A stretch of DNA of 64,000 nucleotides from an uncultured Planctomycetaceae bacterium (GTDB lineage: Bacteria; Planctomycetota; Planctomycetia; Pirellulales; PALSA-1355): the NCBI GenBank assembly GCA_963785305.1, contig CAWAUV010000002.1, forward strand, positions 96,001 through 160,000, read 5' to 3'. Positions within the stretch are counted from its first letter, which is position 1. Each line of letters starts with the position of its first letter. The position numbers and the translations under genes are program-made. Below, piece after piece: positions 9,328-22,106 of the stretch. The notes below the pieces were generated by a model that was given only the letters and a program-made list of their open reading frames with translations, had not been told where the DNA came from and did no database searches.

Positions 9328-12300
9328 GGCTGCTTGCGTTTCCTCGTCGCTAGCATCGGCCGCTTCGGCTTCCGCCACTTCTTCGGGCCGCACGACGAAT
9401 TCGCCATTGTCGCGCACATCGTCGAACCGCACCGACACGCGTTTCGAGATGCCCGACTCCTGCATCGTGATGCCGTGGATCGCGCCGGCGCAGACCATCG
9501 TCTTCTTCGAGTGCGTGACGACGATGAACTGGGTCCAGGCCAGGAACTCGGTGAGCACATTGACGAAGCGCTCGATGTTCGCTTCGTCCAGCGCCGCGTC
9601 GACCTCATCGAGCACGCAAAACGGGCTCGGGCGGCTTCGAAAGATCGACATCAGCAGGGCCACGCACGTGAGCGTCTTCTCGCCGCCGCTCAAGAGCGAG
9701 ATACTGCGCGGCTCCTTGCCCGGCGGGCGGGCCACGATCTCTATGCCGCTTTCCAGGATATCGACGCCCTCTTCGAGCACGATATCAGCCTGCCCGCCGC
9801 CGAACAGTTTGCGAAACAACGATTGAAAATAGCCGCGGACCACTTCGAGCGTATCGCCAAACAGCTTGCGACAGTCGGCGTTGATCTTGTGAATCGCCTC
9901 TTCCAATTCGCTTTTGGCGGTCGAAAGATCGCGATGCTGGGCGTCGAGCGTCGCGAAGCGAGCTTCGAGCTGGGTTAGCTCCTCGAGCGCGTCGAGATTC
10001 ACCGCGCCAATGCTATTGAGCTTGCCGCGCAACTCGGCGATCTCCCGGTCGGCCGCGGAGCGAGAAATGTCGAGCTCCGGGGCCGGCTGCTCGAGCAGCG
10101 ACGCCAAGTCGAGCCCGTAGTCCTCGCGCATTCGCTCTTCGAGCGTGGCCAGCGCGTGTCGGCTTTCGCCCGCGGCGAGCTCGCGGGCATGCAGTTTGCT
10201 TTCGAGCTTGCGAATACGGCCGCGCAGTTGTTGATCGGACTGGGAGAGCGTCGCGCGGCGGTTGCGGGCATCGTCGCGCCGGACGACCGCTTCGAGCGTC
10301 TCTCGTTGCAGCGATTCTTTCGTCAGCGCGAGGAGCGCGATTTCGCTCTCGGCCGCCAGAATATGCAACTCGGTCTCGGCCGCCCGGCGCACGGCCAACG
10401 CGAGCTGCCCGCGGTTCTCGGCGAGCGATCGACCTCGCTCCTGCCGATCGCGCTCGAGCTGGGCGGCGCCTCGCTCCAAATCGTCGCGCTGCTGTTCGAC
10501 GCGGGCGACTTCGATTCGCGTGGCGCTGGCCTCGCGATTGGCGCGAAGCCGAGTTTGTTCGAGTTGGGCCGCCAAGGCGGCGCTCTCGCGCGCGGGCCTC
10601 GAGCTCCGTGATCCGCGCTTCCGCGGCCGCTTGCAGCTTTCGCGCATCGATCAGCGCCGACGCGGCCAGCGAATGGGTTTGCTCGGCGGCGCGCACTTCG
10701 GCGGCCAGCGATTGACGTTCGAGTCCCAGCCGGCTCGCCCGCTGTTCGGCCGCCAAAAGTCGCAGTTTCACGTCGGCAAGTTCTCGTTCGACGATTGCCA
10801 GTTGGGCGCCGCGAGCGCCGATCTCGGCCATGAGCTCCGTCAGGCGGCGGTCCATCTCGTCGACCTGATCGCGCTTCGCGTCGACCGCGATTGCCAGATC
10901 GGCAATTTGCCGGCGAAGGGCCCGAAGTTCACTGCGCCGCGAGATCAAGCCGCTCGGACCGCCGCGCATTCCCACGGCCACGGAGCCATCGGAAGTGAGC
11001 AGCTCTCCGGCCAGAGTGACAAACGACACTCCGCGCCCGCGCCCTCGGTCAGCGTCAATGCCCGGCTCAGCGTGTCGACGATCCAAGCGCCGCCGAGCAA
11101 GCGCCGCGCCAGCACCGCATGTTCCGGCGCGGTTTCGACAAAGCGATCGGCTCGGCCGACGACGCCCGGAAGGCCCTCGAAATCGGCCAAGTCGGCCGCC
11201 GACACAGGTGGGGCGTCGAGCCGCAGAAACGTGACCCGGCCGGAGAATCGAGTGCCCTCGGCCTGCAAATACGCGAGCAGTTCGCGGCCGGAGCTCACGA
11301 CCACATGTTGGGCCAAGTCGCCGAGCGCGGCCTCGATGAGCGCCGCGCGATCGATATGCACCTGCAGCAGATCGGCCACGAGACCAACGACATTGGCCAG
11401 TGGTCCCGGCTGAGCCGAGCGAGCCCGCTGTAACACTTCCTTCACGCCGCCCTGAATGCCTTCTTGCCGCCGTTCGAGCTCCTCGAGCACGGCATGCCGC
11501 TCGCTGGCGCGACTTTGTCGTTCGCGTAGCGCCGCCAATTCGCTTTGACCGCGCGCGATCGCGCCGCGCAGCTCCCCGATTTCGACTTCAATCGCCTGCG
11601 TCCCCGCGCTGGGCCGCCGCTTGTTCGCCCAGTTCGGTGAACCGCGGGGCGAGCTCGGCATGTTCGGTCGCGGCGGCGCTGAACGCGGCTTCGAGCTCGG
11701 CGAGTCGTGAACTGCCTTGCGCGTGCGACGCCTCGGCGGCCCGAGCCTGCGCCTCGAGCGAACTGATCCGGCTGGCCAGCGCCGAACTCGAATGCAATTG
11801 CTCCAAATGCTCGGCGCGGGCCGTTTCACTGTCGCCGCGGGCCTTTTCGAGTTCCGCGCTCAGCCGGGTCAGGGTTCGATCTTGCTCGGCGAGCGAATCG
11901 GCCAGCACAAGCCGCTGCCGCTCGACATCGGAAAGCGATTGCCGGTTGACACGCAGTTGTTCGTCGAGATCGTCGGCCCGGGCAACCATGCTCGTGAGGC
12001 GGCGGCGATGCAGGGCGATTTCGTCGTCAAGATCGCGCTGGCGGCGCCGGTCGTGTTCGGCGCCCGAGGAGCACGACGCGAGCCGTTCGCGATTTTCGCC
12101 GAGGCGCAAGTGACTTTCTCCGAGCGCCTGCTCGACAAGCGCCAATTCCTGCTCGAGCGCCACGATCTCGGCCTGACGGTCTTCGCTTTCGGCGGCGGCG
12201 GCCGCGAGCTCGACGCGGTTCGCGGCGGCTTCGAGTTCGATCGCGCGGATTTCGCCGGTAAGCCGTTCGGTGTCGGCCACGGCCAAGGCGGTTCGCAACA

Positions 12301-12967
12301 GTTGCAGCCGGTCGGCGTGTTCTTTGTAGCGCTGCGCCTTGACCGCTTGCCCGCGGACACCGCGGAGCCGTTCGCCGACTTCATCGACGATGTCCGTGAG
12401 CCGCAGCAGGTTTTGTTCGACCCGCTCGAGGCGCCTTTGCGATTCGACTTTTTTGCCGCGAAAGCGACTGATGCCCGCCGCTTCCTCGAAGATCAACCGG
12501 CGCTCGCGGGGCGAGGATTGCAAGAGCACATCGACCTTGCCCTGCTCGATCACGCTGTAGGCTTCGGCCCCGAGGCCGGTGCCGGCGAGCAGATCGCGAA
12601 TATCTCGCAGCCGGCATTGCTGCCGATTGATGAGATATTCGCCTTCGCCGCCGCGATACACACGGCGCGTGATGCGAACGTCGGTCGCGTCGATGCCGAG
12701 CTGGCGATTGGTGTTGTCGAACACCAGCGACACTTCGGCCAAATTCACCGGTCTGCGGCTGGCCGAGCCGTTGAAGATCACGTCGGCCATTTCCTTGCCG
12801 CGCAGGCTTTTCACGCTCTGTTCGCCGAGCACCCATTTGATCGCGTCGACGATGTTCGACTTGCCCGAGCCATTCGGGCCGACGACGACCGTGATGCCGC
12901 TGGGAAATTCCAGCCGGGTTTTGTCGGCAAAGCTCTTGAATCCGGCGATTTCCAAGGCTTTGAGCAT
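9325..12967 (-). CDS. smc: Chromosome segregation protein SMC, split by several indels
   Basis: GFKSFAD, Walker A GPNGSGKSN, coiled coils, hinge region, signature LSGGEK and Walker B LDEVDAALD. Confidence 0.95.
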
Positions 12968-13114
12968 GGCGACGTAAACAGGGAAGCCCGGGGTGAAGAA
13001 TGGAGCGAAAACGGTGATTTACGACGCCAGCCGCGGGGACGGCCTTTCGCCTACGAATATCTTACCAAGTCGCGCGGCTTGGAGCGACACGGAACTTGGC
13101 CAACGCCGCGGTCG

Positions 13115-13149
13115 CTAGCGGCCAGTTGAATATTTCAATAGGCCGCTAG
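13115..13149. repeat. 35-bp palindromic MITE/REP-like element, family B
   Basis: CTAGCGGCCAGTTGAATATTTCAATAGGCCGCTAG; a near-identical copy lies at 38503-38537. Confidence 0.75.
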
Positions 13150-16100
13150 GAATTGCACGCCGCGCGAACATCACCCTCGGGCAGCAGTCGCAATGGGCCC
13201 CCCTGGGCCGATGGCACTGGCACACCGGCCATGTCGCCTTGCCACACCGTGACCCAGTGCTGCCAGGTGATCGGATTCCACGCGAAGAGCAACTCGCGGC
13301 ATGCGTCGGCCCCCATGATTTTGGCCGCCCCATGCGCCACTCGGCTTCCCGCGTCGCTGGCCGGCTTGAGGGGATAGAAGCGCGCCGGGCCAAAGTCGGC
13401 TTCCATTTGAACGAGCACGCCTTCTTCCAGAAACTCGCAGCCAGCCGTACCCTCGGGAAGATGCGAATTCAATTGCTCCCGAGCCACGACCACGCCGGCG
13501 ATCTTATAAAAGCCGGCGAGCGCTTCTTCGAAGGCGTCGATGGCCGAGGGCTCGAGCGCGGCGAGCCAGTCGCGATCTTCGATCCCCGCCACCAAAAGTC
13601 CGCCGCGCTCCTCAAACTTCACGAGCAGGGCGCCGCGCGATCGATCGGTCCCGCCGAGCTCGATCGTGATGCGATTGGTCGCTAGGCGAATGTCGCCAGC
13701 GCCGATTGGCCGTCCGCCCCAACCGCGGCTATTTGCCAGGAGCGCGATCAGCTCGCGATCCACCAACCGCCGCAGGCTTTCCTGGATGTGTTCGAGAGCG
13801 CTGCGTTGTTTGCGAGCCGCTCGCCAACGACCGCTCCAAAAGGCCTTGCGGCTGGCGCGGCGCAGTTTGGCATAGTGCTTGGGAATGGTTCCCGAGCGAA
13901 AGCCGGGCGCAAAAGCTGGAGCACGGTTTCGCCATGGTGCCCGACCGAAGCCGGGCGAAGCTGCGTGGGACGGTTGGCCGCGTAGAGCCGCCAGTTTTCC
14001 TTGAGTTCCCAAACAAGAAAACCAAACACGCCAGGCAGCAGCAGGGTGGCGCTGCCGGCGATAAAGTGAGCCCAAACCGAGCTCATCGCGGTTTCGAGCC
14101 ACTCTTCGATCGGCGTGAACAGCACCGGCGCGCTGCCGAGAATGATCTTATGCGCGACCGTCACCACCGGAAAGTGTTTGATCGGATTGATCTGCGGCTC
14201 GATCAAGAGCGTGACGCAAAGTCGAATAAAGTAATGCACCACGGCCCAAAACACGCCGAGCACGCTTTTGACCGCGGTCGACACCCGCCCCTCGCCCGAG
14301 CGAAAGCGGAGCCATTCGTCGACCGCATAGAGCCCGCGTTCGAGCCCTTCGAGCAGTCGATGGAAGAATTCCATGATCCAGCGAAACAGGGCCGTGACCA
14401 CATGCAGGCGAAAGCGGCGCCAGCTTTCGATCACGAAATCGGTGAGCATTTCATCGACATTGCGACCCAGCCGCGAGTTGACGAGCAGGTTTACGCCGGC
14501 AAACAACATCACCATGCCGCTTGGCCGGGGCCAACGGTGAAACAGTCCGTCGACCGTGGCCACGAGCAGCGCAGCTCATCACGAGCGGCTTGAGACCAAA
14601 TCGCATCGACCACCGAAACACGGGGCTTTGGGAAATCGCGCGCACCAGCGGCAGCTCGAGCACTTTCGCGGGCCACGCAATCAGCGCGCGATGCAGTCCC
14701 TTGCCGACTTTGCGCACCAATCCCAGGCATCCGCGGCGGAAGCGATCGTGGTAAAAGAGCCCCCATAAAAATGCGCCGAGCACCGCCACCTGGAGGCACT
14801 TGAACCAGAAGAAGGGCGTCAACTCGGACTGGCCCAACAAATGCTCGCGAATCGTGTTCACGACATGCTGAAAGAATTCAATCGTCAAAAACGCGCCGCC
14901 GAAGGGCAGGGCCACATGCCGAGTGAGCAGCCGGCCGAGCGGCAACCCAAAGGCCAAGGAACTGAGTCGCTGCGGCCAGCGAAGATAAATCTCTCCGTGC
15001 CGATACACGCCGTCGAGGCTTTCGGCCAGCAACGAATCGGCCTGGAGCAGCGGATCGCCCCAAAGAAATTCAGCGCCGCTGGCCAGGTCGGGCAGCTTGA
15101 GGTTATTGCGTGAAAGCGCGTCGCGAAGATCGCCCATGGCCAAGAAACCACGCTCCGACACGCTGTCGAGCAGTTCGTCGACCAGCTTGAGCCGGGCCAC
15201 CTTCTCGGGCAAATTCCGGGGCGTGAGTCCCACTTGATCGAGCGCGGCGTCGATCTTGGGGCGAAATCGGCCGCGGAGTTGCTGTTCGGTGCGCGAGATC
15301 GCGGCTTCGACCAAGGCTTCGAGCCGGCCGCGGGCCCACGACGAAACTCGCACCGCGTGCAATCGCCCCTTGGCCGCGCGCAGGTGATTGCACATCAACA
15401 CGACTTGCTGGCCCGGTAGCTTGCGCTTGATCGGGGCCCGACCCCAGCTTCTCGCCCAGCGGCCGAGATCGAGCGCATAGACCACGCGCTCGTGGTCGAA
15501 CGTGGCTTTTTGCAAGTCGTAGAGCAGGCGTGTCTCGGGCGACCAAACACCCTCGGTCGCTGGTTCCAAAAGCGCCGCGAGCGAGCGCGACCAATCCTCG
15601 GCTTCGGCGAGCGTGAAATCGAGCGATCGTTCGAGCCGATGCGACAACCGGCCGACATGGGCCCTCGCTTCGGCCCGGCACTGGCGCGCCTCGTCGGGCG
15701 GCGCGAAGCGAGCGGCTTGCATTCGCGCGATTGCCGCGCGCACCAGATTGCCGGCCGCCGCGGCGCGATCGGCTTTGCGCGCCAGTCGGCGATATTGCCA
15801 AGGGCTGGGCGCGACGCCCGCCGCGTGGGGCGCTGGGCGCTCGGCGACCGATTCCTCGACCGCCAAATCACCGCGCCAAGGTTGCTCCGCGCGCCGGCCG
15901 GCCGGGTAGCATGAAACAGCGCCCGCGCGTCGAGGTCCTCGCCGAGCAATTTGTCGACGCGGTCGAGATCTCGCAATCCGGGGAAATAGGCGGGTAGAAA
16001 CGAACCGGCGAAGAATCGCAGCTCGAAATACGTGGCGACGAATTCGATATAGGTCGTGATCTCGTTTTTCGGCGGCAGCAGCAGGTCTTCTTGCTCGAGC

Positions 16101-16606
16101 GCGGCCCGAATTTCATCGAACTCGACCCGCCCCAGGCGATCGACCCGTCGGCGAATATCATCGGCCGTGAGACGCTCGGCGGCCAGGGCCTCGTCGAGCT
16201 CGCGATGCACGCTGGCGTGGAACAGGAGCCGCCAGTATTTGCCGAGCAGCTTCGAAGCGGGGGTTTCCGCAAGTAATTCCGGCGTGGGCTGCGGCAAAAG
16301 AATCATCGCCGCGTTTGCCGGGCCATCGCCCGAAGCGCTATTGCCCGCCGCGCTCGGCTCGGGGAGTCGCAGTTCATGGACATCGACGATCGCCAGCAAT
16401 TGCGATCTCGGAATCACGAAGCTTTTGCGATGCGGCACGCGCAGGCCCATGCCCGGAATTCCGGCCGACTGCTTAATCACGCGCCGCAAAATGCGCGAGG
16501 GCGCGAGCGCCACCGTGGGGTCGGCGGTTTGTAGCGACTGCTCGAGCGCGGCGAGGCTGAGAAAATTCTCGGCGCGAACGCGTTCGTTCTGGGTGGACGA
16601 CGCCAT
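13146..16606 (-). CDS. Large (~1150 aa) hypothetical membrane protein, split by indels
   Basis: Chain of overlapping minus-strand ORFs (15395..17005, 14451..15866, 13748..14563, 13146..14102) with protein-like composition and TM segments, e.g. LLIEPQINPIKHFPVVTVAHK. Confidence 0.65.
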
Positions 16607-16865
16607 GGTGGCCCGGTTCAAAAGCTTTCGGTGTCGGTCTTTAGTATCGTCGAAGCCCGCCGCCGATGACAAGGCGCCGCGAATCGTCCCGCGCGGCCAA
16701 CGAGCCCCGCGATCCGATTCTAGCCCAAAAACAGGCCGCCGCGATCTCGCCCGGCAACCCAGCGAGACGTGCTCCGAGACGGCTAAAATAATGGATAACC
16801 CGGTTTGCGCGGGCGGCAGGCCCACGAATTCCAAGGCGCCGGTTCGACCGAGACAACAAATCGTA

Positions 16866-17912
16866 TTAGCGACCCGTCGCCGTTCGACCGGCCGGCCGCA
16901 ATTCTCGCAGCGCCGCCAGCATGCGGGCCATGTCCTCGGGTAGCGGGGCCTCGAATTCGAGCGCGCGCGCCGAATGGGGATGCATGAATCGCAGCCGCCG
17001 GGCATGCAGGGCTTGGCGTGCGAGCAGAATATCGTCCATCGCCTCGGGATCGCGATTCAAATCGCCGCGCGAAATACGAGCCCGATGGCCATACAGCCGA
17101 TCGCAGAGCACATGGCAACCGATGCTCGCCAAATGGACGCGAATTTGATGGGTTCGCCCGGTCTTGGGCCGCGCCGCCACGACCGCGAAGCCGGCCAGCC
17201 GCTCGACGACCTCGAAAAAAGTTGCGCCTCGCGGCTCGCCGGATGGTCGGCCCGGATCGCCATTTGCTCGCGATGGGTCGGATGCGGACCGATTGGTTTG
17301 TCGATCAGCCCGCGATCATGATCGGGCCCGCCGACCACGATCGCCAGATACTCTTTCTCCACGGTGCGCCGCTCGAACTGATCGCACACGAGCTTATGTG
17401 TCTGATCGTCCTTGGCGATCACGATCACGCCGCTCGTGTCGCGATCGAGCCGATGCACGATCCCCGGGCGAGTCGGACCGCCCGCTTCGCTCAGGTGTTC
17501 GAAGTGAAAGGCCAGGGCGCTGAGTGAGGGTGCCGGTCCAGTGGCCGCGGGCCGGATGCACGACCATGCCCGGCGGTTTGTTGATGATCGCCAGGTATTC
17601 ATCTTCGAAGAGCACATCGAGCGGAATGTCTTCGGGTTGCGGAGAGCGGGCCGGCAGCGGCGGCAACACGAGTGTCACGAGCTCTCCGCCTCGCAGGCGA
17701 TGCGACGCCTTAACCCGAATTCCATCGACCTGGGCCGCCACGGCGTTGATCGCCTTGCGCAACGTCACGCGGCTATAGATGGGAAAAGCGCGGGCAAGAA
17801 ACGAATCGAGTCTCGCGCCAGCCTGCTCGGGCGATACCACGAGGCGCATCGTGTCGCCTGGCGCTCCGGCGATTCCGGCGATTCCGGTTGGTGGCTCGGG
17901 GCTCGACATCAC
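16866..17912 (-). CDS. RluA/RluD-family pseudouridine synthase, split by indels
   Basis: S4-like N-terminus, INKPPGMVVHP, catalytic HRLDRDTSG, TGRTHQIRVH and RQALHA. Confidence 0.92.
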
Positions 17913-18896
17913 TTTTCCGCAGCCGGCGGCGGCGCGGGCGAATCGTTTGCTGGCGGCGCGGTGGTTTCCTTGGCCGGTGGCGCGCTTTCAGTCGTCGAAC
18001 CGCTCGGGGCGACGCCTTCCGTCGAAGGACTGGCGGGCGCGGCGCCTTCGACGGCCGGAGTTGTCTTCTCCGTCGAGCCGCTTGCTGGCGCCTCGCCGCT
18101 CGCGGGCGACCCACTATTCGTCGGCGCCTCGCCGCTGGGGGCAGCAGCGCCTTCGGCTTTCTGCGGGGTCGATTCGGTTGCTGGGCCCGCCGGCTTTCCG
18201 CCCACATTCGATGGCAGCCGCACTCCGCTCGCGCGATCGAGCGACTCGTTCAAGAAATCGAACTTCGGCTCGGGCTTGTCGCTCGGACGAGGCGGCTCGT
18301 ATTTGGCGAACCAATCATAAAACGCTTTCGTCTCGCCGCGATCCAGATCGGTGGCGCGTTGCCGGGCGGCGTCGGCAAACGGACCGCCCTCTTTCACGAT
18401 CGCGTCGTAATCCACGCGCGCCGCTTGCAGTTCCCCGAGTGCTTCATGGGTGCGAGCTAGTCCGAATTTCGCTCGCGGCACAAGCGGCGACTTCGACTCG
18501 GAATCGGCGGCCACGGTAAGATACATGTCGGCCACGCGGCGAAGCTGCTTTTGGCCCTCGAGTCGATCCGTGTAAAGCTGATCGATGCCCGAGGAAAGCA
18601 GCAAATCGGCATCCATGAGCCGAGCCCACTGCGCGACTTTCGTCGAGGAGTACTCCTCGGCGGTCTTATTCAATTTCTCCGGGTCTTGCGCCGAACGCCT
18701 GAAAGAAGCTGTCCCAGCCTTTTTCGGCGAATTCCTGATCCCGCACCGAAAGGTATGCCCACACGAACAAAAGCGCCGCGACGGCGAGCACCACTCCCAA
18801 AATGGCCCGCGAGTAGGGCTCGATCACTCCGATGACGTAAGTCAGTTTGTCGGCCAGGGCGTTGTGCTGAAGCTCGTGGCGACGTTCGGTTTTCAT
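17909..18896 (-). CDS. Membrane-anchored TPR-like protein (YfgM-like), one indel
   Basis: MKTERRHELQHNALAD + TM helix, helical repeat AKFGLARTHEALGEL and a low-complexity P/A/E/S tail. Confidence 0.65.
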
Positions 18897-19046
18897 GGCA
18901 AATGCCCAACTATGACGGGAAAAGGGGAGTCGGAGCGGGGAAACAGGTTGCGAAATCGGCGCAGTCGACCGACCCAGAGGAAACCGGAAGTATAGAAGCG
19001 ACTTTCGCGAACGGTCAAGGTCCTTTCGCCGACTGGACTCTGCCCC

Positions 19047-20603
19047 GGGACCAGTTCAGCTTTTGCGGGTTGGGGGGTGGATGTGGAAACGTCAATAGGA
19101 GAATTCGGGGTTTGTGTGGTAAGCTGGGCGAGGTGGATTTGATCGGTGAACGAAACTTGCTTAAGGAGCGCTAGGCATGGACGCCGCGATGCAGGCCCGC
19201 GAGGCCAGGAGGAAGGAACTTTTGCGGGAACTGGCCGAACTGGGAATCGAGGAGATGGTCGAGCAGGGGGCGTTCCTCGGCACGCCGCACTATAGCGTCA
19301 TCGAGCGGTATGCTATCACGCTCGGCCGCGAGTTGAGCCGTGAAGCCCAAGAGCGAGCGATGCGTGAAGTCGCCGCGAGCTGCCCGACGGAAGCGAACTG
19401 CCCCACCTGCGGAGCGTCGTGCCGCGTGCAAACCGCAACGAGGCCGGTCACCAGCCTGGATGGCCGGGTCGAGGTGACCGAGACGACCGCTTACTGCGAC
19501 CGCTGCCGGCGGTCTTTTTTTCCCTCAGCGGTTGACGTTGGGACTCGATAGCCGCGAGGTCACGCCCGAGTTGACGCGAGCCGTGGTCTGCCTAGCCGCG
19601 GAAGTCCGTTCGTTCAAGCGCACGGAAGTGATCACCGAGCAAGTGCTGGGACACAAAGTTCCCTGCAGCACGATTCGGCGTTTGGTGAAACAGGTGGGCC
19701 AGGAACTGGCCGACGGGAAGGCACTGCCGGCGCCCAGCGACAATAAAAAAGTCGTCAAGGAAGTCGTCGTGCCGGAAGCGGCGGTGGTCTCTTGCGACGG
19801 CGGCCGCATTCGCACGCGCGAGCCGGGCCGGGGACGCGGCGTCGTGCCGTCGGGCGAGAAAGGCTGGCGCAAAACGAAGAACGCTTCGTTCGAGCGAATG
19901 TCTCTCAACCCGCGGCGCGTGCTGCGCACGGCGCTGAGCAGTATGTCCTGCTCGGAGGATTTCGGCCCGCTGATGCGGCGCGAAGCCCAGCGGCGCCGGT
20001 TCTACGATTCCCCTTTACGGGTCTTCCTCGGTGATGGCCTGAACTGGAACTGGTCGATCTGGAAAAAACATTTTCCGACGTTCACGCCCGTCCTCGACTT
20101 CATTCATGCGATTCAATACGTTTACCGCGCGGCGCTGGCGCTGGCCGCCAACGATGCGGAGGGTTGGTCGCTCTATCTAAAGTTCGTCACCTGGTGCTGG
20201 CAAGGCCAGGTCGATCACGTGATCGACGAGATCAAGCAAGCCTGCCTCGCCCGGGGCATCGACTGGGAAGATACGAAACCCAGTGACGCGGAGAAAGCGC
20301 TCGTCGACGCCGTGCGGTACTTGACGAACAATCGCCAGCGGATGGACTATCCCAGCTATCGCCGCCTGGGCCTGCCGGTCACCAGCGCACCGATGGAGTC
20401 GCTGATCAAACAGATGAACCTGCGCGTGAAAGGGACCGAAATGTTCTGGGACGATCCCGACGGAGCGGAAGCGATCTTGCAGCTCCGCGCCGCAGCCCTC
20501 AGCGACGACGGCCGGCTCAAGGACTACCTCTCGCAACGCCCCGGCCACCCCTTCCACCGCCCTCCACCCCCCTCGCCACCGCCGCATAAGCTGAACTGGT
20601 CCC
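19047..20603 (+). mobile_element. ISKra4-type (IS256/Mutator-like superfamily) insertion sequence
   Basis: 22-bp terminal IRs GGGACCAGTTCAGCTTTTGCGG / CCGCATAAGCTGAACTGGTCCC (21/22 match); 8-bp direct repeat TCTGCCCC at 19039-19046 and 20604-20611. Confidence 0.9.
19177..20590 (+). CDS. ISKra4-type DDE transposase encoded in two frames (end approximate)
   Basis: Zn ribbon CPTC...CDRC, then SCDGG, FLGDG, LDFIH and TSAPMESLIKQ; +1 frame change at TTTTTTTCCCT (19515-19525). Confidence 0.85.
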
Positions 20604-20659
20604 TCTGCCCCTCTGCCCCTCTGCCCCGTCCGCCCGTCCGCCCGTCCGCCCGTCCGCCC
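20604..20659 (+). repeat. Tandem 8-mer arrays (TCTGCCCC)x3 + (GTCCGCCC)x4
   Basis: Read directly; the arrays abut the right IR of the IS. Confidence 0.9.
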
Positions 20660-20769
20660 GTGCTTCGCTGGCCTTGTGACCGCATGCCGGTTTTGCTACG
20701 GTTTCGCGCGCCAAAATCCGCTTTTTTTGTCCTTCGACCCAGCGCCCTCGCCCAGGGGTCTTTCGCCTT

Positions 20770-21693
20770 ATGTCCACGCGTTCGCGACATTGCTTCACTT
20801 GGTCGATGGCGACCCTGCTCGCGATGACGGCCGGGTGCCGGGCGTTTACGCGCGAAGGCACGGGGCCGCGGAGCGTGGCCGCTTCGCGCCAATTGTCGCG
20901 ACAAGGCGCCGGCGCCATGGAACGTGGCGACTGGCCGGGAGCCGAGTCGCTACTGCACAAAGCGGTCGAGGCCTGTCCGGCCGATGTCGAGGCGCGGCGA
21001 ACCTATTCCGAAACACTCACCCATCGCGGGGCCACCGGCGCCGCGATCGCGCAGCTCGAGGAAGCCCGGCGATTGGCGCCCGAGGACGCGAGTCTTTCTG
21101 TGCGGGCCGGCGAATTGTATTTGAGCCTCGATCGCCTCGACAAAGCGCGCGAAGCATCGGATCGGGCGCTCGATGTCGATCCGAAGTATGCCCCGGCTTG
21201 GGCGCTGCGTGGTCGGGTGATGGAGCGCAGCGGGCAGACGCGCCCGGCCCTGGCGGCCTACCAGCGCGCACTTGGCTATGAGCCCAACAACGCCGAATGG
21301 CTGCTGCGGTTGGCCGAATGCTATCGCCAGTTGGGCGCCCCCAGCCGAGCGCTCGCCGCCTTGCAGACATTGATGGACACCTATCCCTCGGGCGAAGAGC
21401 CGCAGCAAGTGCTCTATCTTCAAGGTCTGGCTCTCGGAGCGCTAGGCCGGCAAAGCGACGCGGCCGAGTGCTTCGCGCTTGCCACCCAGCGCGGCGGTCC
21501 GACGGCCGAATTGCTCTACCGCCTGGCTGAAGCGCAATTGCTGGCCGGTCGAGCCGCGGAAGCGCAAAGCTCGGTGCAACAGGCGCTGGCCCTAGAACCC
21601 GCGCATCCGGCCAGTGTCCAATTGGCGCAGCGGTTACAGGTGGAGCGAAGCGCTGCGCCGGCGCCCGCCGCCAGTGGCGAAATTCGCCGCTAA
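20770..21693 (+). CDS. TPR-repeat lipoprotein
   Basis: Lipobox-like TAGC and multiple TPR units (e.g. ALAAYQRALGYEPNNAE). Confidence 0.85.
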   Translation: MSTRSRHCFTWSMATLLAMTAGCRAFTREGTGPRSVAASRQLSRQGAGAMERGDWPGAESLLHKAVEACPADVEARRTYSETLTHRGATGAAIAQLEEARRLAPEDASLSVRAGELYLSLDRLDKAREASDRALDVDPKYAPAWALRGRVMERSGQTRPALAAYQRALGYEPNNAEWLLRLAECYRQLGAPSRALAALQTLMDTYPSGEEPQQVLYLQGLALGALGRQSDAAECFALATQRGGPTAELLYRLAEAQLLAGRAAEAQSSVQQALALEPAHPASVQLAQRLQVERSAAPAPAASGEIRR

Positions 21694-21817
21694 GCCCAGC
21701 TTCTGGGGCAAGCGCGGTCCGGCCGGCGCCACCGAGGCTCATTCGTAAGCTAGGGTTTCTCCGGCGGCCCAATCTGGGCGCGCATCGCATTGAAGGATTT
21801 CTTTCGAAGGATAGACC

Positions 21818-22051
21818 ATGAGCACGTTAGCCACTCCCTTGAGCCCGTTCGTGGAGCGTCGCGGGGCGTCGATCAGCGGCGAGGCGCCGCAGCGCGAGCG
21901 TCGGCAATTTTCCAACAGCCACGCCGATCTCTCACTGGAAGCGCAGCAGCTTGCCACGGCCATCGATCAGTATAAGCTCGAACATCGTCGGCGATTCATC
22001 GACTTCGAGGAAATGCTGTCGGTGATCAAGTCGCTAGGATATCGAAAATAG
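21818..22051 (+). CDS. Small hypothetical protein
   Basis: 77-aa ORF with RBS AAGGA; ERRQFSNSH...AIDQYKLEHRRRFIDFEEML..IKSLGY. Confidence 0.7.
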   Translation: MSTLATPLSPFVERRGASISGEAPQRERRQFSNSHADLSLEAQQLATAIDQYKLEHRRRFIDFEEMLSVIKSLGYRK

Positions 22052-22106
22052 CTCGACCGGCCGATGCCCGCGACGACCCGCGAAGCGTTCGATTTCGCGC
22101 CATTCC

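Noticed and set aside
9325..12967. smc, ftsH, queG and others as pseudogenes or programmed frameshifts
   Set aside because: The breaks are ubiquitous and lack recoding signals. Only prfB, and possibly the IS transposase, has a recognisable shift site.
20604..20659. CRISPR array
   Set aside because: Contiguous 8-mers with no spacers and no cas genes; no CRISPR array was seen anywhere in the window.
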